A program made the translations under genes and the position numbers. This document shows positions 17,401-25,900 of a stretch of DNA of 64,000 bases, piece by piece. Below the pieces are notes generated by a model that was not told the DNA's origin, searched no databases, and saw only the letters and a list, made by a program, of their open reading frames with translations. Source of the DNA: a virus; IMG/VR virus record IMGVR_UViG_3300027969_000082, positions 1-64,000 of that record. The stretch is one strand, 5' to 3'. Position 1 is the stretch's first letter; each line of letters opens with the position of its first letter.

Positions 17401-19242
17401 ACTGGAACAATAACTTCCGATACGTTTAATACTACTAATGTTTCTATAAATGCAAATAACATTACCAGCAGAACTGGTAACAGTAACCTTGTACTTGAAG
17501 CAGCAGGTAGCGGAAAGATTTATGTACCAAGTAACGATGTACAATTAGATCAAAACTTAACAGTTAACGGGACAACTTACCTAAAAGATACTACTATAGT
17601 AGGAACGGTGACACAAACCGGTGCAGTTACACAAACCGGCAACTTAACACAGACGGGCAGTACAGAAATTACAGGAACATTAACTGTAGGATCAACAGCA
17701 CAATTCCAAGATATTAAGATTGATACTAATATTATTACTACAACAGTTGGTAATAATAATTTAGTATTAAAAGCCAATGGTTCTGGTATTGTTATAATAC
17801 CGGATGACGATGTTAGTGTTAGTCAAACCCTAACAGTTACCGGTACTACAAGTACTACAACTATTAATAACACAGGTACAGTTACCTCTGGTGTTTTTAG
17901 TACTGGTAATATAAGAATTACCACAAACAATATTACCACTACAGTTGGCAATACTGATCTTGTACTGGAAGCCAGCGGTACTGGAAGAATTTATGTTCCT
18001 AGTAACGATGTTACTATAGGAAAAACACTAACAGTTACGGGCCTAACAACCTTAGTAGACACTGGAATTACAGGTACATTAACTCACGTTGGTGCTACAA
18101 CACAAACAGGTGATGTAACCCAAACTGGAAATTACACTCTAAATGGAAACTTAACAGTTTCAAATATTGCACAGTTTAAAGATGTTAATATTACTAACAA
18201 TGTAATTACTACTACATTAACTAACAGTAATCTACAACTAGGCGCTGCTGGTACTGGAATTATTTCTGTACCAACTAACAATGTTACTATTGATAATAAC
18301 TTAACAGTTACCGGTACTACATACACTGCCAACATTAACAACAGTGGAACAGTGACAGCTGGAACATTTAGTACCGGCAATATAAGTATCAACGGCAATA
18401 CTATCCAAACTACTGTGGGCAGTAGTAACTTGCAACTACAAGCTGCTGGTACTGGCTACATTGTTTTAGAGCAATTTGACGTACAAGAAAATGAAATAAG
18501 AATCAATACTGGTTCTGATATGGTACTAACACCTAACGGTACAGGTATTGTTACCGTCAACTCTACACAAAGTATTAAATTACCGGTGGGGAATACAGCA
18601 GCTCGCCCAACTGGCGCAGCTGGTATGGTTCGCTTTAACAGTCAGCTAGCTCGTTATGAAGGATACGATGGCGCAAATTGGATTAGATTAGACGGGGTTG
18701 AAGATGCTGACGGCAATACTAAAATTACGGCAGAAGCTACACCTGGTGCTAATGACAATACAATTCGTTTTTATACTAACAGCACTCAGGTAGCAGACTT
18801 AACATCAACAAGATTAAACGTTATTAACGTTGATGTAGATGCAATAAACATCAATAACAATGTTATATCAACTACTACCACAGATACAAATCTAGTACTA
18901 TCACCTAATGGTACTGGAACTGTGCGCACAGGTAATTTTTCAATTAGCGGAAGCACAATTACAAATACTGTAAATAACAGTATAACATATTTTAATCAAA
19001 CTGGCAGTGGTTATGTTAAGATTAACAGCACCGGTGGATTTGTAATCCCAACAGGATTGACCACTGAAAGACCTCCGTTATTTGATGTAGGTATGATGAG
19101 ATACAATACTGACCCAGGTAATTTCCGTGTTGAAGTATGGGATGGCGCAAACTGGGTTAATGCAGGACAAGCAGCAGGTGGAGGAGTAACACTTGCAGAA
19201 GCACAAGACATTGGAATTGTCAGTGCAATTATATTTGGATAA
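11464..19242 (+). CDS. Giant tail fibre-like protein 2 (beta-helix, two LamG/ConA-like domains, repeat shaft); paralogue of 5558
   Basis: 2592 aa; same N-terminus and beta-helix as fibre 1; two FTIEGW...W.H.A..R...GYIDD.(R/K).S...ARY LamG signatures. Confidence 0.8.
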   Translation: MSQLGRISGQLLKDNLTRNGHDLTFDKIVDPDPLVAKEGLLHLDVTNRRVGINTETPAYDLDVNGTTRTTDLEVSQQAVIANVTISTDQITSDTGTLNLTNGTGDQINYQAKLVVDNIELENNVISTNTGANLELRPNGTGSVDIYADTNVYGDVYVTGNIRADGNITVGDANTDNITINADVASDIIPDADITYKLGNGGTAYKEGVEFTLGDVTVTVSSSGTVATLSIPAAGPAWVDTLTGNVIGKSYQLAIDGTPGSYSVNTVGAWSGTNPQTVSITNDGLLDGTYNVSSIRFDQKRWLDVWVNNLYADAIVTGDITVDSINLNSVQGKIYYVATNGSDSNAGQHQNDPFASVNHALSVAASEDTVYIYPGTYTEQFPLTVPVGVSVKGSGLRSVKIIPTNATRYNDAFLLNGETTVEDVTVADFFSGGNYFAVTTAGIGEASLNVGTAPFAHTWVSGGTINISGTDYSIVAAVYSHTTGILTVNHTGPDATSASPVFLSGLIFSCNGGNRTFPDNGYAFRFATDFVVTSRSPYVRNITVLTKGSVTSLSDPLGYNEGDAGKGAYIDGAYATAVSKEASMLFHSATFICPGVDIVVATNGARVEWLNSFTYYANRSMYLYSSADGFAGDGKTRIKITTKTGTWAVGNTLSYYDTDGTTVLAQGVIESIDGDFYNIDTRVLGFEQIQDRAGKTITVHGNAKLSTAVKKFGTASLALDGTGDYLSVATQPDFAFPSTIPRLAKTITVNGNAAVSATQSKFGGSSIAFDGTGDYLSIASDTDYGFGTGNFTIEGWFYKTAVSTQYLFDTRTTLNENSVAVQSNGAGSLRLFVNGSFVLTSSNAHTNNAWNHLAICRASGVTRFFINGVVSTATYTDTTNYGTTKPLVVGSQYNGTTAFAGYIDDFRISNTARYTATFTPTTTAFVNDFNTKLLIHGDSTIVDDAGGGTATDFTIEGWIYPTAGSAYQTIFDFRSAGIEKAIFLGINTSNQVYLYVNGVITITTAATVSLSAWTHVALVRSNTLTKIYLNGTQSGSSWADITDYGTTKPLRIGADWSAAYGFTGYIDDVKVSKGVARYTATFPVPTAQLTGDLSTVLLITCNGLNNSTAIADNGITLQDLRTSAGGTASIIDFADYSDFGVELRSIGSAAVYGNYGIYGDGAGVIAYLIGQNLAYIGNGKETTNDPNTVIQANEVVELNDAKIFYNSVDHKGDFRIGDLFYVNQATGEVSFTNSNVTIGTSLTFDDGGGNITYLDATKIETGDFRISGNTVQTLSQDFNVDSATNQINLQSNVTVTGNLDVTGDVTVGGNVTIGNESTDVVRFVAGVDSDILPKLDSTYDLGTSTERWSTLYSTTLINAKVQISTNVITTTDSNLDLTLQANGTGRIYIPSNNIEITNNLTVNGTTDVQDLNVTGTLTHIGDVTQTGNVTQTGDITLTGTFTTTGYGQFADIKIDNNNISTTIGTHDLILDAAGTGKIYVPDSDVEITQDLTVTGYIDVGSLNVDTSISSLTLTAGDIKIQSNYITTLTGNNNLELRANGSGLIYVPSNNVQIDNNLTVLGTTNLKTTNIGVVGTPATVTHVGAVTQTGDLTQTGSTEITGTLTVGSTAQFQDIKIDTNIITTTVGNNNLVLSAAGTGRIYVPTNDVTIENTLTVVGTTTTSTISNTGTVTSGTFNTSNVSITSNNITSRTGNSNLVLEAAGTGKIYVPSNDVQLDQNLTVNGTTYLKDTTVVGTVTHTGAVNQTGNLTQTGSTEITGTLTVGSTAQFQDIKIDTNTITTTVGNNNLVLSAAGTGRIYVPTNDVTIENTLTVVGTTTTSTISNTGTVTSGTFNTSNVSITSNNITSRTGNSNLVLEAAGTGKIYVPSNDVQLDQNLTVNGSTYLKDTTVVGTVTQTGAVTQTGNLTQTGSTEITGTLTVGSTAQFQDIKIDTNIITTTIGNNNLTLKANGTGIVIIPDDDVSITQTLTVTGTTSTTTINNTGTITSDTFNTTNVSINANNITSRTGNSNLVLEAAGSGKIYVPSNDVQLDQNLTVNGTTYLKDTTIVGTVTQTGAVTQTGNLTQTGSTEITGTLTVGSTAQFQDIKIDTNIITTTVGNNNLVLKANGSGIVIIPDDDVSVSQTLTVTGTTSTTTINNTGTVTSGVFSTGNIRITTNNITTTVGNTDLVLEASGTGRIYVPSNDVTIGKTLTVTGLTTLVDTGITGTLTHVGATTQTGDVTQTGNYTLNGNLTVSNIAQFKDVNITNNVITTTLTNSNLQLGAAGTGIISVPTNNVTIDNNLTVTGTTYTANINNSGTVTAGTFSTGNISINGNTIQTTVGSSNLQLQAAGTGYIVLEQFDVQENEIRINTGSDMVLTPNGTGIVTVNSTQSIKLPVGNTAARPTGAAGMVRFNSQLARYEGYDGANWIRLDGVEDADGNTKITAEATPGANDNTIRFYTNSTQVADLTSTRLNVINVDVDAININNNVISTTTTDTNLVLSPNGTGTVRTGNFSISGSTITNTVNNSITYFNQTGSGYVKINSTGGFVIPTGLTTERPPLFDVGMMRYNTDPGNFRVEVWDGANWVNAGQAAGGGVTLAEAQDIGIVSAIIFG
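16200..18150 (+). repeat. Intragenic tandem repeats, 471 bp (157 aa) unit
   Basis: FQDIKIDTN anchors at 16291, 16762, 17233 and 17704 (exact 471-bp period); boundaries approximate. Confidence 0.9.
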
Positions 19243-19247
19243 AGAAC

Positions 19248-19577
19248 ATGGCATCATTTTTTAGAAATAAAGTAGCTAAGGAAATAGGAATAACACCTGT
19301 AGAAGTATTAGCAACAGCACCAAATAGTCGAATGACTGTTATTGGAATGAGCTTGGCAAATTTAACAGAAGGACTGGTACTTATAGATGTACAACTTACT
19401 GATGATGCCGAAGTTACTGGATACTATGCAAAGCAGTTATCAATACCTCCCAACTCTAGTCTTAGACTAGTTAACGGCGGTGAAAAATTAATTCTAGCAA
19501 CTAGCAATAGTTTAACTATTAATTCAAATGTACCAGCATCCATTGATGCTATTATCAGCTACGTTGAATTAATCTAA
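19248..19577 (+). CDS. Small beta-rich virion protein (adaptor-like family)
   Basis: 109 aa; TVIGMSLAN...IPPNSSL...GGEKLIL...DAIISYVE. Confidence 0.65.
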   Translation: MASFFRNKVAKEIGITPVEVLATAPNSRMTVIGMSLANLTEGLVLIDVQLTDDAEVTGYYAKQLSIPPNSSLRLVNGGEKLILATSNSLTINSNVPASIDAIISYVELI

Positions 19578-19587
19578 GGAGCACAAA

Positions 19588-19962
19588 ATGACATATTATG
19601 TTGGACAAGACAACGACCTAAATCAACTATTAGGCATAGGAAATGCAAGATACTTTTATGCTCTACGTAGAGATGACGAAGGATTATTATTCTTTGCAAA
19701 AATTGATCAATTAATTGACACAGATCAAATAACTATTAATAATTCCGGATTAACAGAAAACGACTACAGTGAATTTGAATACGGTGTTGATTTTTTTGAC
19801 GGAAGACTACAAGAAGACCACAGTAGACCCTATTCAAATTTGCAATGGGATCAATATAGATGGGACAGTAAAAGCGTTTATTATTACATTAATACAGCTG
19901 GAGAATTAATTGTACGAATAAATCAAAGTTATACATATCCACCAGAATTAATTGTAAGCTAA
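19588..19962 (+). CDS. Hypothetical phage protein
   Basis: 124-aa ORF with RBS AAGGAG inside the structural operon. Confidence 0.65.
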   Translation: MTYYVGQDNDLNQLLGIGNARYFYALRRDDEGLLFFAKIDQLIDTDQITINNSGLTENDYSEFEYGVDFFDGRLQEDHSRPYSNLQWDQYRWDSKSVYYYINTAGELIVRINQSYTYPPELIVS

Positions 19963-19982
19963 ACACATAAGGAATATTTAAA

Positions 19983-22900
19983 ATGGCAGCAGAATTTAAA
20001 ATTGGCAGACTGCGTTATACATGGAAGGGAGTTTGGTCAACTGGCAAATTCTTTAATCGTGACGCGGTAGTATCTAATCAAGGTAAAACTTATGTTTGTT
20101 TAGTACCACATACCTCTGGAAACTTTTTTGATGATTTAGAACACTATGATCCAGTAGAGGGGTCAACTCCATATTGGTCGTTAATGCTTGACGGCACTAG
20201 TTGGAAAGGAGTATGGGCTCCTAGTACAGACTATACTGTTGGCAATATTGTATCTTATGGTGGAAGTTTATACAAGCGTACCATTAATGCACCTAGCGGA
20301 TTAACATTTAATCCAGCAAATTGGGAAGTCTACGTTACTATTAACAGTTCATGGACTGGCGATTTTTTACCAAGTACATTGTATAAAGAAGGTGAGAATG
20401 CCAAGTATGGTGGAAATGTATTTAAATGTATAGAAGATCACACATCAGCTGGTAACGGAGTATTAGATTATACTAAATGGGAAATTGCATTTGAAGGAAT
20501 TGAATTCAAAGGAGAGTGGGTATCATCTAGTAGACAATACAAGCCAAACGACATAGTTAAGTACGGTCCTGATTTATGGATTTGTAGTGTTGATCATAGT
20601 AGTGGGTTACCGTTTGATTCGTCTACAAAATGGAGTATATGGCTTCCTGGTATTGAGTTTGGAAATACTTGGAGTAACACTGCTACATATCAACCAGGCG
20701 AAACAGTTTTATATGGTGGTTATTCGTATGTAAGCAAATCTTCAAATAATTTAGGAAATAATCCAGCAAGTGACGAAGATAATTGGAGTTTATTAACTAC
20801 TGGATATGATATAAAAAATGATTGGACTTCGGGATTGTCTTATAAAATTGGCAGCGTGGTTCGACGAAACGGAAATCTATATGTAGCTGTACAGGATAAT
20901 TCTGCAGAAGACCCAACAGATGCATTAGTAACTACAACATATAATTCTACAGGTAGCAGCGGGTTAACACTAAAAGTTGCAAGTACTACTGGAATTTATG
21001 CAGGTATGATAATTGTGGGTACAGCCTTTAAGAAAGGACAATATGTAACCCGGGTTGATAATCTAACAACGTTAACAATTAGTCAAGCACCATACAGTTC
21101 TATCACTAACGGCGACAGTTTAGATTTTATTGGTGTAAATGGTGATAATTGGATTCCTATTTTTGCCGGTGTTAAGTGGAAAAATCGCTGGAATGCAGGA
21201 ATTGCATATGTAATTAACGATGTTGCGGTATGGGTCAACAAAACATATAAATGTATTAAAACTCACATATCATCAGAAAATGTTAGACCAGATGCTGATA
21301 TAGATAACGAATTATGGATACGATACTTAGATCACGATAGATTTAATGTGTTAAATGTTTCTGGAGATTTAATATTAAACATTGACGGAGTAAACGAAGC
21401 GTTAACTATCGGAACCGAGGGCTTCCTATTAAAATCTATTTCAGGTGTACCAACATGGTCTAATGTTTTTAGAACTCCTAATGTTTATTATGTAAAGCCG
21501 GAGGGAACAGATGAGATAACCAGCGGAGCAACTTGGGACAATCCGTATAAAAGTATAAAATACGCATGTGATCAAATCACCGCCGGCACCGAAAATCCAA
21601 ATGCAAAGATAATTTTAGAATCCAATAGAGATTTTTTAATTAGAGAACTTGTACAATGGCAGATTTTTCAAATATCAGGATCGTTGGCACCTTTTTCGTC
21701 AAATGTTACACTTGATACCGATAAAACTGAAAGAGATGCAAGCTATCTAATTGATGCAGTTATATATGATTTAATTAGAGGCAGTAATAGTCAAGTTATT
21801 GCATATACATTGGCGTTTTTTGATAAAGAATTTAACTATAAATTTGCTACTAATGAGATTGAACTTCAAGTAGATTATTTTATAGCATCATTAAATCGAT
21901 TGTTTAGTACTATAAGCCTAGTAGCATCAGCTACCCCAATCTCACCATTGTATCAAACACTTAATAATGTACCGTCATTAATTACTCAAACATTTGGTAC
22001 TCCTGGTGACACACAGACAACAACTGATATAGAATCATTTAGAACTATAGTTATTACGGCACTAAGTGCTGGTAACACTACCAGCATCCCTAGAGAAAAT
22101 CAAGGCGTTACTTCAACTATAATGGTAAAGACAGGCACATACTATGAAGAATTACCAATAGTAATACCGGCAAATACAGCGTTAAACGGTGACGAATTAA
22201 GAGGAGTAGTAGTACGACCTAAGCTGGTTATTGATCGTTTAATTACCCGCACTACTACTGGAACTAACTTACTCACCGTTGCTTCTACAGACGGGATGTA
22301 TGCTGGGATGAGAGTACAATTTGATTCTACTAATTCCGTTAACGGAATTAATACCGTGTTTGGAGGACTTGAGAGAGGAAGAAACTACTATATAGTGGGA
22401 GCTATCACTGCAACTCAATTTTCAGTAAGTTTGACTCAGAACGGATCAGCGGCCACTCTTTCTAACTATGTTGGAAATATGTATGTGTATGGCGGTGATG
22501 CATTAAAAGATATGTTCTATTGTCAAAACGGTACTGGCATTAGAAACATGACGCTTACCGGATTACTAGGAACATTAACTGCTGAAAATGAATTTTTAAC
22601 ACGTAGACCCACAGGCGGCGCATATGTAAGTTTAGACCCAGGAGTATCACCAGATGATACCAGTGCATGGATCTATCGTAGAAGCCCTTATATACAAAAC
22701 GTATCAACTTTTGGCCAAGGCGCTACTGGATTAAAAATTGACGGTACGTTGCATAACGGCGGCAATAAATCTATTGTGTGTAACGACTTTACGCAAATTA
22801 TAAGTGATGGAATTGGTATCTGGACAACTGGCCCAGACTCATTATGTGAAGCAGTTTCTGTATTTGCATACTATGCATATGCTGGGTATTTTGCCGAAGA

Positions 22901-25900
22901 CGGTGGCAGAATCCGTGCTACTAACGGCAATAGTTCTTACGGAACGTTCGGAGTTGTGGCAGAAGGATATGATGCTAACGAGACTCCGAGCACTGGATCT
23001 GTTAATAATAGATATTACGAAGCAGAGGCAACCCCATTTAGTTCTTTAGGAGCCCAAGCGGAGATTTTAAAACTACAATTTAGTCACGCTGGTGAGCACT
23101 ACTATACTGAAACTACAAACTTGCTAAAAAATAGTAATACATTTACAGGCGCAAATTGGACAACTGATAGCAATGTAACATTAATTCAATCAATTGTATC
23201 TCCTTACAACGTATCTGAAGCGTGGATTGCGTCAGGAACTACGTCAGGAACTAACAGTAGTTATTTGTATCAAAATACTACAATTGCACCTTCTGGAAAA
23301 CAATATACCGCAGTCGTAGGAGCTAACTACGGACCAGGTGGCGGGTCAGCAGCTACCTTTGATATTACTGTTACTAGTACTGAGTATATAGTTGCGGTAA
23401 ATAATGGTGGTAGCGGATATGTTGCTACTAATCAAATTTTAATCTTAGGCTCTCAACTAGGTGGCCTTGATAACATTAATGATCTGTTAATAACTGTTGA
23501 AACATTAATATCAGGAACTTCTATTAACACAGTTTCACATGAAGGCACTGTGCCTGCAGGAAGTCTACAACCGTATACTGCAAGTATTTTTTGTAAAAAA
23601 GGATCGTCAAATATAATTGACGTAGTAGCAACGTTTAGCGGGTACTCATCAGCTTCTAGTTATATAAGTTATAATTTTAATACAAAAGCAGTAACACCAG
23701 GTAATTTAACAGGCGGCCTTGTTCCTACTACGTTTAGTGCAACTCCAGTTTCTAACAGCGATAACTGGTATCGACTATCTTTTGAATTTTACGATGTATC
23801 TGGGTTAAACGATGCGCTTCAAATTAGACTTTATCCTCGAGGACAGACCGGCAATACAGCGTACACATTAATATACGGGGCACAACTACAATTAGGTGCC
23901 GGATTAAAATTCTATCAAAAAACAAATCTAGGACAATATACTGCATATGCAAACATTGATGTTATTGGTGCTGGAACAGGGGTCGAAGTTGTTGCGGACG
24001 AAGTACGCTCAAACGGAATATATCAAACTAGATTATTAGAAGTTAATTCAGTAACTGGTGGTAATAATTATTTACTATCTTCTAATAATGGACAAAATGG
24101 TGATACTACTTCAATAACTATTGCGGCATCTGACGTTGCTGGTCCTAAAGAATATTTAGGAATGAGATTGTTTATTAATAGCGGAACAGGAGCTGGACAA
24201 TACGGTACTATTTCATATTTTGATACATCTACTAAAATTGTTAGTATGTTAAAAGAATCATTTGATCAAATAACTATAACTGAAACAGAATCTAGTACTG
24301 ATACTTTTATTATTGGCGACCTAGATGACATAAACACATTATATGTAGATCAACCAATCCAATTTACTCCAACTATTTTTACAACAACTATTTCTCGTAT
24401 ATCGCAAAGTAGTGTAAATGTAATTTTAACAACAGGCGGCATTATAAATGAAATAACCGTAGTAAGCACTGCTAGATTAGCAGTGGATATGCCTATCACA
24501 TTTAGCGGAGTTACATCTGGAGGCGTTACATCTAACTTTACATATTACATTCTTAGCATTATTGATAATCAAAAAATTCAAGTTGCTACTACAGTAGGCG
24601 GAGCAGTAGTACTATTAACTACTGGAAACGCAACAATGCAGTTGAATTATCCAGACGGTACTAGTTACATAAATGCATCTACTACAAATATGGATGTAAA
24701 TTTGCCTATATATTTTACAGGTACCGCAATATCTGATATCACAGCAGGCACAACCTATTATATTAATGATATTTTAAGTAGTACAGAATTTACAATTTCT
24801 ACAGATTTAATACTACCGTCGGCTACAAATACAACATATATCACTAATGTTGTTACCGTTGATTCTACTACAGGGTTAGTATCATTAAATCCTATTAAAT
24901 TTACCGGAACAACATTTGGCGGAATAGATATTAATACTACTTACTATATAAATCACATTATAAGCGCGGGCAGTTTAACACTATCAGCAGATATTACATC
25001 AACTAGAGCATCTGTAACGTCGTCAACTAGCAATCTAGTGTACGTGCAAGATACTAGTGGATTTGTTATTGGTAACCCAATAGTGTTTACTGGAACAACA
25101 TTTGGTGGAATTGAGAATGATAAAGTTTATTATATTTTAACTATTAACGATGTACAAACTATTAGTATTACTACAAACTCTTCTGAATTAAACTTATCAG
25201 TAACAGCATCATCTGACGGTGGTGCATCACCGGACCGACTTACTACCTCGTCAACAAATAATATGGCTCCGCTGAACCCGATAAAATTTTATGGAACTAC
25301 ATTTGGCGGCATACTAACAAGCGGGACCTATTATATTAACAGAGTGTTTACTGACAACACTACAACGTTCAATGTCTCGGAAACTATAATATCTAACATT
25401 GCTACGGAAACGGTTGATGTATCTAACCTAATTACTGTAGCTAGCACGTTAGGATTCACACCAAATAATCCAATTATATTTTCTGGAGAAGTATTTGGAG
25501 GACTCCAAAGCGGTTATGTCTATTATGTAAGTGCGGTAAATGATGCAACTACGTTTACAGTTAGCGCACTTCCGGGCGGCGCAGCAGTAACATTAACTCC
25601 AGGGACTGGTAGTATTAGAGTAAGAACTACATCGGCAGCAGTACCATTAACTACAACAACTGGATCAATGACAGCCATCACTCGATCAGGTGGTACTCCG
25701 CTGCCACTAGTAACCGGCGTGGGCGATTGTATTGTACGAACAACAACTACAAGTATACCGCTAGTGTCAGCTGTAGGTACACTGCAAGGAACAACTACAT
25801 CAGCTAAATTAACCCTAGCAAGCGATGGCGGAGGTATGAAGGGAAATTTTGGAGTACCGTTAATTGGCGGAATTTCTCAAGGAACAACATATTATATTAA

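Noticed and set aside
8100-18150. CRISPR array or non-coding repeat
   Set aside because: Repeats are in-frame 470-490 bp coding units with synonymous variation, not repeat-spacer arrays
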